Origin: Candidatus Thorarchaeota archaeon
GTDB lineage: Archaea > Asgardarchaeota > Thorarchaeia > Thorarchaeales > Thorarchaeaceae
DNA: 30,105 bases
NCBI GenBank assembly: GCA_016840855.1
Contig: JAEORO010000067.1
Coordinates: forward strand, 1 to 30,105
Direction of reading: 5' to 3'
The notes below the pieces were generated by a model, which saw only the letters and a program-made list of their open reading frames with translations, was not told where the DNA came from and did no database searches. Each line of letters starts with the position of its first letter. The first letter of the stretch is position 1. Shown in pieces: positions 10,378 to 19,507 of this stretch. The translations under genes were made by a program, and so were the position numbers.

Positions 10378-11538
10378 ATGGTACAGATACGACTTGAAAA
10401 CTTGCGAAAAACATTTGGTGACGTTATAGCAACTGATGAAGTGACAATGGTTCTGGAAGAGGGTGAACTCTCAACTTTACTAGGTCCTTCAGGTTGCGGG
10501 AAGACGACCCTCTTACGCATAATAGCTGGATTCTATGTGCCTGATCGCGGTAAGGTATTCTTCGATGATAGGGATGTGACCAATGTTCCTCCTTTCAAGA
10601 GAAATACTGGCATGTGTTTCCAAAACTACGCGCTCTGGCCTCATATGTCCGTAGCTGATAATGTTGCATATGGTCTGAAGTTAAAACGTGTGAATAACAT
10701 GAAATACACAAAGACCGCCATTAACAGACGTGTCAATGATGCTCTCGAGCTTGTGCGAATGGGTGACTTGGGTCATCGTCACATTCACCAACTGTCAGGC
10801 GGTCAGCAACAGCGCGTAGCGCTAGCAAGAGCTCTCGCTATTGAACCAGATGTTTTACTATTGGATGAACCACTATCAAATCTCGATGCGAAGCTTCGGA
10901 TTGACATGAGAGAAGAAATCATCAGAATCCAAAAAGAGATGTCAATCACGACTGTATATGTAACACATGACCAACATGAGGCATTGAGTATATCTGACAA
11001 AGTCGCTGTGATGGACCTTGGGTATGTTCAACAGTTCGATACACCTCGAGAGATTTATGCCAATCCTCAAACAGTCTTTGTTGCAGACTTCATTGGTCAA
11101 TGTACCTTTATTGATGGATTTGTAGAAGAAACTGGTAACACCTTATCAGCTCGTATTCCAAATAATCAATCAGTTATAGGTCGCTCAACGATTGAAGGCT
11201 ATCCATTTGAGATGGATGAACCTGTGAAGGTTGCTATTAGACCTGAAGACCTTCATCACTCAAGAGAGAGTTCTTCTGATAACCAGATAGTTGGTACTGT
11301 CACAAGAACAATCTATGTGGGGACTGCATTGGAGGTTTACTTCCGAGTAGGCGACATCTCAGCGCAGGCTCTGCTTGATCCTGATTCAGAAATAAAAGAA
11401 GGTGATGATATTCATCTTTATGCACCTACCGATGAGGTCATGATTTTGCCTGTTGGTGGTGTAGACGCTCTGCGTAAGGTACCCGGCCACCCGCTAGCTC
11501 TTGCTCCGGCTCCGTCTAGGATTTCCTCGGATGCCTGA
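10378..11538 (+). CDS. ABC transporter ATP-binding protein (PotA/FbpC-like) with C-terminal TOBE domain
   Basis: Walker A GPSGCGKT, signature LSGGQQQR, Walker B LLLDEP, H-loop VTHD. ATG 10378 follows SD-like GAGGTGA. Confidence 0.93.
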   Translation: MVQIRLENLRKTFGDVIATDEVTMVLEEGELSTLLGPSGCGKTTLLRIIAGFYVPDRGKVFFDDRDVTNVPPFKRNTGMCFQNYALWPHMSVADNVAYGLKLKRVNNMKYTKTAINRRVNDALELVRMGDLGHRHIHQLSGGQQQRVALARALAIEPDVLLLDEPLSNLDAKLRIDMREEIIRIQKEMSITTVYVTHDQHEALSISDKVAVMDLGYVQQFDTPREIYANPQTVFVADFIGQCTFIDGFVEETGNTLSARIPNNQSVIGRSTIEGYPFEMDEPVKVAIRPEDLHHSRESSSDNQIVGTVTRTIYVGTALEVYFRVGDISAQALLDPDSEIKEGDDIHLYAPTDEVMILPVGGVDALRKVPGHPLALAPAPSRISSDA

Positions 11539-13549
11539 TTGCCACAGCAACACCGCGATTGAATGAGATCATCTCTAAACCTGAGATTAGAGCTCTCCCT
11601 GTACCCAGAAGATTTTGAGACTCATCGAGCACTAGGACCTCTTCACCTGCCTTTAGCTGTGGGCTTGCAAGTTTTACAAACTTAGCTAGAGCTGATTTTC
11701 CTGATGCAATAAACTCGGACACATCCGAATCCATTATGACTTGATAAGTATCATCAATCCTTACGCGCAAAAGCTCTAATCCACCTTGGTATGTTGGTGT
11801 GAGTAGTCCTGTATTGGGCACAATCGTGAATAGTATGTCGTCATTCCTTTTGCAGTGTCTGATTTTCCCTGTACTTTTTGAAAGTATAACTTGTAACGAA
11901 TCAAGATCCGCCAGTTTTCCTGCATTCTCTCCCCATTGATATGTTAAGAGCGCATGCAACTTTCGTCGAGTCCAAGAACTCTCATTGCCTTCAATAGGCA
12001 ATTGTTTGATGGTATCTGTTGCACTCTGAAAAGTTTCAACCGAATAATCACTGGATATTTTTGCTAAAGCCGGTTCAACATTCGTTCCTCGCATGAACCA
12101 AATGAGCTTCTGATATTTCATTGTTTCAAGAAGCTCTCTAGTTCTCTCACTCACTATACCAAGTGTTTCCAAGTCTAATTTCATGGGAAAAATGCACTGT
12201 TGTGCCGGGTGTACATGTTCCAACTCCCAAGGTACGACTCCCATTGGCGTTACAAATAGCAAAATCAACTCCTTTGGAGTTCGTTTCCTTACCTCCTTAA
12301 TAATCACATCAGATGTATCTGAGAATGGCCTAAGACCTGAGTCTGTTACAATCAAAACTGTGTTTGAATGTCTGTAGGGATAACGTTTGATAACCCGAGA
12401 GTGGAAGTTACTAATTTCCGGTCGTTTGGTAGTTTCAACACCAGTATAGAAGATTGAAGATGTTTTTCCAATGGGGTCCTCGACTTCAAATTGCATATTA
12501 TCTTCCATCATCACCTGCAGCGCTTCGTAAAGCGTAGGGTGGCCTCGGGCTCGATATGCAGCTAATTGGAATAGCTTACCATCAGATATTGCTTGACGCA
12601 CATTACGCATCTCTGCTGAACTCACATACAAATTATGCTTCATGAGCATTGTTCCTTGTTCGGATTTCTCCATACTTTTTAGGTCATCTGCAGATGTTCC
12701 ACTACAAATAGGGCAGCTACAAGGAAGTTCAGTCAACTCACTTAGATGCATGGTTCCTGAAGGCAATAACATACGGCCAGACTCCGCGAATTTTGCATAA
12801 GATGCAGAGTCAAAGAAATCACATCCAAGCAATGCTGCCTGTGCAAAGAACATCGGATGCCCACATCCAAATAGATGGACTGGTCTATCAAGAGGGAGGT
12901 GTTTCTTTGCAGCTAATGTGATTTTCACAATGTCTGCATACCGATATCGCTCCATCAAAGGCACAACTCCGCCAATTGGATGCACATCAAAATCCATAGC
13001 AGCCAATGCTCTTGCCGCAGTTTCTCGAAGATCTGGAAAAGCGCCTCCCTGGACTGTGCCCGCAAGTAGCATTTCACCTTTCTTATCGATTGAGACTTTT
13101 GCTCTCTCGAGGGATTTTTGAACGTCCTCCTCAACTTTCGTCCTACCTACATCAGGATCAGAAAAGACATCAAGGATCGTGCCGATATCTGAGCCAATAT
13201 CACGTTGAAACTCAACTATCTCTATTGGTTCAATTTCTTCTTCGGGTAAATTGTGAAAATACATCTGAAAGGTCCCTGAGTCAGTCATTATTGGACCCGC
13301 AAAATCAAGCAGAGCATGAATCCCTTCAGACACAGCCTTGTTTCTAAATCTTTCATGAGAATTGATAATGTACGAATTTGTGATTACCATTTGGAATCCA
13401 AACTCATCAGTAAGTGCTTGCGGTGAGATGATTGATTTTCCTGGATGAACTACCGGCATTAGTAGAGGTGTTTTCACTGCTCCATGTTTTGTCGTGAATC
13501 TACCTATCCGTGCAAGACCATCTTTTGCCTTAATCTCGAATTTCGCCAT
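11516..13549 (-). CDS. tgtA: Archaeosine tRNA-guanine(15) transglycosylase (ArcTGT)
   Basis: TPLLMPV, MTDSGTFQ, IGGVVPLME, HLFGCGHP, DFFDSASY, Zn site CSCPIC..H, C-terminal PUA domain. Confidence 0.95.
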   Translation of the reverse strand: MAKFEIKAKDGLARIGRFTTKHGAVKTPLLMPVVHPGKSIISPQALTDEFGFQMVITNSYIINSHERFRNKAVSEGIHALLDFAGPIMTDSGTFQMYFHNLPEEEIEPIEIVEFQRDIGSDIGTILDVFSDPDVGRTKVEEDVQKSLERAKVSIDKKGEMLLAGTVQGGAFPDLRETAARALAAMDFDVHPIGGVVPLMERYRYADIVKITLAAKKHLPLDRPVHLFGCGHPMFFAQAALLGCDFFDSASYAKFAESGRMLLPSGTMHLSELTELPCSCPICSGTSADDLKSMEKSEQGTMLMKHNLYVSSAEMRNVRQAISDGKLFQLAAYRARGHPTLYEALQVMMEDNMQFEVEDPIGKTSSIFYTGVETTKRPEISNFHSRVIKRYPYRHSNTVLIVTDSGLRPFSDTSDVIIKEVRKRTPKELILLFVTPMGVVPWELEHVHPAQQCIFPMKLDLETLGIVSERTRELLETMKYQKLIWFMRGTNVEPALAKISSDYSVETFQSATDTIKQLPIEGNESSWTRRKLHALLTYQWGENAGKLADLDSLQVILSKSTGKIRHCKRNDDILFTIVPNTGLLTPTYQGGLELLRVRIDDTYQVIMDSDVSEFIASGKSALAKFVKLASPQLKAGEEVLVLDESQNLLGTGRALISGLEMISFNRGVAVAIRHPRKS

Positions 13550-13641
13550 GTGGGGTCAATTAGTTGACACGTCCATGTAGCCATGAATCTTTCCGTGTGG
13601 TCTCATCAAATTGTTTAAGACATAACTTCATTCAGGTTTTA

Positions 13642-14934
13642 ATGATGGTCGAAGCAACTGCTTTACTAGTACAGAGGAGGACATATCAAGAGCCTGACCT
13701 CCTTAGTGAATTTCAGGCATTAGCTAAGACTGCAAAATATGATGTTATTGGTCAGTTTGACATAGTTGGAACACCTTCTGCAAAGTATGGCATACGGTCA
13801 GGCAAGGCTGACGAAATCAGAACATGGATTGAGGTGAATGAACCTGAGTTTGTACTTTTCTCACCATACTTATCGTCGGGCCAAGTATTCAGACTGATGG
13901 AGTTTTGGGAAACTGAGGTCCGTGACAGAACTCAGCTTATCCTTGAGATCTTTGATAAGCATGCAAGATCCCCACAAGCTCGTTTGCAAATCGAACAGGC
14001 TCGTCTTAGATACGAGTTACCTTTCGAGCGTCATCAGATAAGAATGCGACTTCAAAAGGAACATACTGGAGATCGTCCAATTGCTGAGCAGATTGGTGCA
14101 GGCGAGGATTTGCTCAACCTACGCCTGAAAGAAATTCGTCGACGCTTGGCGATTATCAATGAAAAGCTTACCAAAATAACACAGGAACAATTACTAAAGA
14201 AGAAGAGACGCAGTAATGAAGGATTTATTGAGATCACAATAGCTGGATACACTAATGCAGGTAAGAGCACACTCCACAGAGCACTGACAGGGTCTCAAGT
14301 AGAAATTGCGGATGAATTATTCACCACGCTTTCTACTAAAGCCAGCGAATTAGAAATGCCGGGCCGTCGTGTTGTAATATCTGATTCTGTTGGTTTCATC
14401 AGTGACCTCCCAAATCCTCTTCTGCAGGCATTCAACACCACACTGATGGAAGTTTCTGATGCTGACGTTATCATTCTGGTCGTTGATGTTTCTGATACGG
14501 TTGAAGAGATGGAGCGTAAAGTAAAATCTTGTCTTGAAACCTTTAACGAGATTGGAGCAAATGGAATTCCAATCATTTCCGCACTCAACAAAATTGACTT
14601 GCTTAATGAAGATGAAATCGAAAACAGACAGTCAGCTCTTCATACCTTTTGTGAAGTTGTTGTTCCGATATCGGCACATCACAGCACAAATCTTGATCTC
14701 CTGATAACAGCAGTGAAGGATGCGCTACCTCAACTGCAGGAATATGAGATTCTTCTCCCATATGGTCATGAGGGAATGTCCACCCTGTCATGGCTGTATG
14801 AAGCAGCTGATATTGTAAGTGTAAAGTACAATAGTGAAAACATTGAGGTTGTGGCTAATCTTAGTGTCGAGATTGCTCAAAAGTTGGCTAGAGAGTGTCC
14901 TGATGGAGAATTGCATCGACATATTCCTCAATGA
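13642..14934 (+). CDS. hflX: Ribosome-associated GTPase HflX
   Basis: DRTQLILEIFDKHA, QIEQARLRYELP, G1 GYTNAGKS, LFTTLS, DSVGFI, NKID. Start moved to ATG 13642. Confidence 0.93.
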   Translation: MMVEATALLVQRRTYQEPDLLSEFQALAKTAKYDVIGQFDIVGTPSAKYGIRSGKADEIRTWIEVNEPEFVLFSPYLSSGQVFRLMEFWETEVRDRTQLILEIFDKHARSPQARLQIEQARLRYELPFERHQIRMRLQKEHTGDRPIAEQIGAGEDLLNLRLKEIRRRLAIINEKLTKITQEQLLKKKRRSNEGFIEITIAGYTNAGKSTLHRALTGSQVEIADELFTTLSTKASELEMPGRRVVISDSVGFISDLPNPLLQAFNTTLMEVSDADVIILVVDVSDTVEEMERKVKSCLETFNEIGANGIPIISALNKIDLLNEDEIENRQSALHTFCEVVVPISAHHSTNLDLLITAVKDALPQLQEYEILLPYGHEGMSTLSWLYEAADIVSVKYNSENIEVVANLSVEIAQKLARECPDGELHRHIPQ

Positions 14935-15001
14935 AAGGTTCGGATACCCGCACCAAAATTGTTAACTCAATTGTGTGTCATACCTATCTCGGTGTGAGTG
15001 A

Positions 15002-16879
15002 TTGAGGCGGATGCGGAGTGTTGCATCACCAAGTTGTATTATTCTACTCATTATTTTGCAGCCAAGTTTTGCAATTTCCATGGCCAATCCTATTGACATT
15101 CAACAGGGACCATTTGTTGACAAAGCTGTCTTCACAGTCATTAGCGCATACGAATCGAAAATGAGCGCTCTTCAATCTGGGACAATCGATTTAGATACTG
15201 GTTTCATCGAACTCTCTGATTTGACTACGTTAAATGAAGATCCAAATATCGATGTAATTGAGTTTCCAAGACATGGCTATGGACACATCATATTCAATTG
15301 CGCTCGTTATCCATTCAATATCAGTGGGTTTAGAAGAGCGTTTGCATGTGCATTCAACAAAACCAAGGTCGCTTACGATCTTCTAAGTGGCTACGCAACA
15401 CTACATGATTCGATAGTGCCTTCTATCAATCATTGGTGCATAGAAGATCTTTTTGATTATCACTATTATGATGCAGATCCTGATATTGGAAATTCCATTC
15501 TCGATGAGCTAGGATTTACCATAGATAACGTAACTGGATTCAGAGATGCACCAAATGGGGATGATTTCTTAGTCACCATTCTTTATCATGATTGGCCCAT
15601 CTCTATTGGAAATATTAGTGAAGTCGCAGCAGTTGGTGTTGAAGCCCTAAATTCACTTCATATTAATGCAGATCTAGAACGAATTGAATTTTGGTATGAA
15701 CATTATTTCCTTCCGCCTTGGAACAATAACTACGATATTGTTCTCTATGAAACAAGTTTCCCATATGATACCTTGGATTGGTTAGTCACTGGATTTGGAA
15801 GTGACTATATAGATTCGGGAGATTGGGGATATTACGACAATCTACCTAATTTTAGCAATGAAACATTTGACTTATGGGTTGACAAACTCCGTAATGGGAA
15901 AACGTACAATGACATCTATGAAGCTGCAACTGAGATGCAGAAGATTCTACATCATAATGTTCCACGACTAGTCGTGTACGAAAATTCATACGTGCAAGGA
16001 TATAGGACGGACACATTCAAAGGTCATGTTGAGGACCTAGCGCGACATATCTCCGGTACATGGACTTTGAGGAAAATTCACAGAATCGATGGAACCTATG
16101 GTGGTACGATAAATGTCGCACTTGGTCAGGAGCCAGATTCTTTCAACATCTTTACGACGAACTCTCCATATTCGAACATGATTCTGGAGAATCTATATTC
16201 CTCTCTCTATTTACGAGATCCCAATATGAATCCTATTCCAGATCTAGCAGAATCCATGCTTGTTGAAACACACAGCAATAACTCAGATGTTCCATCGAAC
16301 CATACGCGTTTCACCTTTGACATCATTCAGAACGCAACGTGGAGTGATGGTGAACCTCTGACAGCAGAGGATGTCGCATTTACATTCACATATATCGACA
16401 TGAGTGGTGACTATGGCAATCCTGCTACCACTGAATTAGAGGGTTTTGTAGCCGCAGATGCGCCTACTCCATACACCGCTGTCATTGAGTTTGATTCGGA
16501 ATCATATTGGAACTTCGATCGCTTTGCCTACACTTTCATCATCCCGAAACACATCTTCAATGGACCTCTAGGAATTGGTTTTGATCACTGGAATACTTGG
16601 AATCCTGGGTTCAATCCTGAAGACCCTCACGTGACGTCTGGTCCATTTATTCTCACAAACTTTTCAGCTGGTGATTTCTACGAGTTAGAACAAAATCCTA
16701 GTTACCACTGGCATCCAAATGTACCTTCAACCCCCTCTCCCACAACTTCAACTCCTACTCCAACAACAACTATCTCCATATCTCCTATTGAACTACTCCT
16801 GTATCTTGTCATGATGGTGTCAACCGCCACGATTGTAGTAGTTGCTTGTCTAATCATAGACAAATACAGACGAAAATGA
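15002..16879 (+). CDS. Family-5 (peptide/nickel) ABC substrate-binding protein, circularly permuted, C-terminal TM anchor
   Basis: PDLAES, WSDGEPLTAEDVAFTF, SGPFIL, NPSYH, FN..YPF..FRRAFA motifs; signal peptide; Thr/Pro linker, TM, RRK. Start may be ATG 15011. Confidence 0.85.
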   Translation: MRRMRSVASPSCIILLIILQPSFAISMANPIDIQQGPFVDKAVFTVISAYESKMSALQSGTIDLDTGFIELSDLTTLNEDPNIDVIEFPRHGYGHIIFNCARYPFNISGFRRAFACAFNKTKVAYDLLSGYATLHDSIVPSINHWCIEDLFDYHYYDADPDIGNSILDELGFTIDNVTGFRDAPNGDDFLVTILYHDWPISIGNISEVAAVGVEALNSLHINADLERIEFWYEHYFLPPWNNNYDIVLYETSFPYDTLDWLVTGFGSDYIDSGDWGYYDNLPNFSNETFDLWVDKLRNGKTYNDIYEAATEMQKILHHNVPRLVVYENSYVQGYRTDTFKGHVEDLARHISGTWTLRKIHRIDGTYGGTINVALGQEPDSFNIFTTNSPYSNMILENLYSSLYLRDPNMNPIPDLAESMLVETHSNNSDVPSNHTRFTFDIIQNATWSDGEPLTAEDVAFTFTYIDMSGDYGNPATTELEGFVAADAPTPYTAVIEFDSESYWNFDRFAYTFIIPKHIFNGPLGIGFDHWNTWNPGFNPEDPHVTSGPFILTNFSAGDFYELEQNPSYHWHPNVPSTPSPTTSTPTPTTTISISPIELLLYLVMMVSTATIVVVACLIIDKYRRK

Positions 16880-16947
16880 AGAGTCTAGCAAAACCAATTT
16901 AGGGTAGCAGAGGTCAGTCAAAATTAAGACTGCTGGAGATTTGTCAA

Positions 16948-17880
16948 CTGCACGAATCACATCTCAAAAAATCGCTCGAAAGAGGGGACTTCGTTATCAC
17001 TGCGGAAATTGGAGCGCCTCATGGAACAGACTCAACTCTATTAGTTGAGCGTGTCGCAATGGTTCGTGAATTCTGCGATGCAATCAACATTCCAGATAAT
17101 GCACGTGGTGTTCCGACCATGAGTAGTGCTATCTGCGCTCAATTCGTCATACAAAGTGGTGCTGAACCAGTTTTGCACATGACTACAAGAGATCGGAACC
17201 AATTAGCAATTCAAAGTGAGCTCTATGGAGCATATGCTGTTGGCGTCCGTAATGTTCTGTTCATGGCTGGTGATCACACCCGATTTGGCTCACATCCCCA
17301 CGCAAAGATGGTTTATGATTTAGATACTCTGAATGTTCTCTCTCTTACGAAAAGACTCTCAACAGGTGTAGATTTCGCAGGCGAGGAGTTGGAAGGAACT
17401 CCAGAGTTCTATATTGGCGCTACAATTAATCCAAACGATGGTCCTATCAGTGAAGTTGTGTTCCGAACTCAGAGTAAGCGAGACGCAGGTGCTCAATTCT
17501 TTCAGACTCAAGCAATATTCGAACCAGCTCGGCTTGAAGATTTCATGAACCAAATTGATTCTGATTTGAAGATCCTTGCTGGCATCATCCCACTACGAGA
17601 CTCTGAGATGGCTGAATTCATGAATGAATTTATTCCAGGAATTAATGTTCCTGATGAATTCATCAAACGCCTTAATGATGTAGGTAGAGACCTTGAAGAT
17701 GAAGCAAGGACAGAAGCTATGAAAGCGGAAGGTATTCAAATCGCATTGGAAACCATTGAAATAGTCCGTGAAATCAATGGCATTAATGGATTACATCTAA
17801 TGGGTGTAGGTTGGACTGAAAGTATTTGTGAGCTAGTCCAGAAAGCTGGATTATATCCAAGACCTAAAGTAAGAAGGTGA
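16948..17880 (+). CDS. metF: Methylenetetrahydrofolate reductase
   Basis: DAINIPDN, EPVLHMTTRDRN, RNVLFMAGD, GAQFFQTQ, GLHLM. The frame extends upstream with the family N-terminal strand (GDFVITAEIGAPHG). Proposed start is CTG 16948; the ORF track start at 17059 is too late. Confidence 0.88.
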   Translation: MHESHLKKSLERGDFVITAEIGAPHGTDSTLLVERVAMVREFCDAINIPDNARGVPTMSSAICAQFVIQSGAEPVLHMTTRDRNQLAIQSELYGAYAVGVRNVLFMAGDHTRFGSHPHAKMVYDLDTLNVLSLTKRLSTGVDFAGEELEGTPEFYIGATINPNDGPISEVVFRTQSKRDAGAQFFQTQAIFEPARLEDFMNQIDSDLKILAGIIPLRDSEMAEFMNEFIPGINVPDEFIKRLNDVGRDLEDEARTEAMKAEGIQIALETIEIVREINGINGLHLMGVGWTESICELVQKAGLYPRPKVRR

Positions 17881-17885
17881 AAGTA

Positions 17886-18803
17886 TTGTTCGTCTTTAAA
17901 AAACAGCAGCAAGTATTTGATATCGGAGGCATTCTTATCGGAGGTCACCCGGGAGAGAATCCAACTGTATTAATAGGTGGTCTCTTCTTCAAGGGTCAAT
18001 CAATCGTGCAAGATACAAGGGAAGGGATTTTTGATAAGACAGCTACAAAGAAGTGGATAGATACAGCAGAATCAATGATGGAAAAGACTGGTCATCCACT
18101 TATGATTCAAGCATTTGGACGAACTCCAAAAGCCATGGATAGTCACCTTTCATGGTTGGCAGATAATTTTGAAGGACCTCTCCTATTTGAATCCACAAAT
18201 GCCAAAGCTCGAATCCGTGCAATCGAGTATTGTAAAGAATCAGGTTTGGCTACCCGAGCAATCTATAATTCAATCAACATGTCAATGAAGGATGAAGAAA
18301 AAGAAAAACTAAAGCACAGCTCTTTGGATATGGCTGTGATTCTTGGATGGTCGCCAAGAGCAACATTTCTCCAAGAAAGAATGGATGCTGTTCGTGATGC
18401 CCTGACTCTTTCCGAATCACTAGGAATAAAGAAGGTCATCATTGATCCTGCCACTATGCCTGTCGGGGCAGGCTATGGGTTGGAGCACAGAACGACAGTT
18501 GCTATTAAATCAGAACTTGGACTACCGACTTGTCTTGCTCCCCACAATGCACCTTCTGCTTGGAGGTTCATCCGTCAGTCCGGACTGGATGATGAAACTA
18601 CACGGATTGCTACAATTGTTGCAGCATCTATAGCAGCTCAGCTTTTTGCTACAGATGCCATCATGTTTGGATCATTAGCGCATGCAAAGGAAGTGTTCAC
18701 CTCTGTTGCTTTGATTGGAAATGCGATGGCTTCAGCTGTGGCAGAAGCAAATAGTGTTTTGAATATTGATAGACCGCTCTTTGTTCCACCATCACTAGAA
18801 TAG
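17886..18803 (+). CDS. mtrH: MtrH-family pterin-dependent methyltransferase, divergent paralogue
   Basis: MFVFKKQQQVFDIGGILIGGHPGENPTVL, AIYNSIN, HNAPSAW. TTG 17886 follows SD AGGTGA and matches the N-terminus of the second copy. Confidence 0.85.
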   Translation: MFVFKKQQQVFDIGGILIGGHPGENPTVLIGGLFFKGQSIVQDTREGIFDKTATKKWIDTAESMMEKTGHPLMIQAFGRTPKAMDSHLSWLADNFEGPLLFESTNAKARIRAIEYCKESGLATRAIYNSINMSMKDEEKEKLKHSSLDMAVILGWSPRATFLQERMDAVRDALTLSESLGIKKVIIDPATMPVGAGYGLEHRTTVAIKSELGLPTCLAPHNAPSAWRFIRQSGLDDETTRIATIVAASIAAQLFATDAIMFGSLAHAKEVFTSVALIGNAMASAVAEANSVLNIDRPLFVPPSLE

Positions 18804-18816
18804 GAGGGAAAAAGGA

Positions 18817-19503
18817 ATGAATCCTGACCAAGATTGGCCTCCAGTCCCTGGGGATTTTGAAGTCAAAGATTCATCACACTGTGTTGCGATTTGCACACTT
18901 GGTAAGAAAATTCATGTTGATGCTGACTATGCAATAATTGGAACATGCAAGACTGAGAATATCGGAATAGAACGAGTCATCGTCAATGTGATTTCTAATC
19001 CAAGAATCAGATTCTTGATTCTAGCAGGTCCAGAGGTACCTGGACACCTCACAGGAAGGTCCCTATTAGCACTCTATCATAATGGGGTAGATCCAGATAC
19101 ACGAAAGATCATTGATGCAGAAGGTGCTATCCCATATATTGAGAATGTACCTCTTGAGGGTATTGAACAATTTCGTAAACAGATAGATCTTGTTGAGATG
19201 ATAAACAAGAGCGATCCATCAATTATTGCTGCTAAAGCAGCTGAAATTCAGACCAACAACCCGGGGGAGTATTCTGGTGGAGCTATGTGGATTGAGTTCA
19301 AAGCAGCTGCAACATCAAAACGTAAACCATCAATGACTGGTGATGTGATACTTCTGCCAGAATTTGGAGTAATCCTCGATTCTTCGAGTTTTCTTGTAAC
19401 TACTCAACAGACCAATGTGGTTGTATCTGAACATCCCACATCTATTGCAATTGAAGTTCAAGATGATGAATCAGGAACGATTCTATTCGCCAGGGAGGTC
19501 TAA
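18817..19503 (+). CDS. mtrA: MtrA/MtxA-like corrinoid protein, soluble, with C-terminal extension
   Basis: WPPVPGDF, CTLG, GTCKTENIGIERVIVNVISNPRIRFLIL, EVPGHLTG (cobalt-ligand His), GAIPYIEN. No C-terminal TM helix. Confidence 0.92.
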   Translation: MNPDQDWPPVPGDFEVKDSSHCVAICTLGKKIHVDADYAIIGTCKTENIGIERVIVNVISNPRIRFLILAGPEVPGHLTGRSLLALYHNGVDPDTRKIIDAEGAIPYIENVPLEGIEQFRKQIDLVEMINKSDPSIIAAKAAEIQTNNPGEYSGGAMWIEFKAAATSKRKPSMTGDVILLPEFGVILDSSSFLVTTQQTNVVVSEHPTSIAIEVQDDESGTILFAREV

Positions 19504-19507
19504 GAAG

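Noticed and set aside
11516-11538. 23-nt convergent overlap of the ABC ATPase and tgtA
   Set aside because: Short 3' overlaps are common in compact archaeal genomes.
14937-14955. GGTTCGGATACCCGCACCA resembling a tRNA 3' end or att site
   Set aside because: The T-stem does not pair correctly, no cloverleaf lies upstream (that is hflX coding sequence), and no integrase is nearby.
19415-19507. Apparent long overlap between mtrA and the second mtrH
   Set aside because: Artefact of ORF calling; the likely start is ATG 19508 after a GGAGGT SD.
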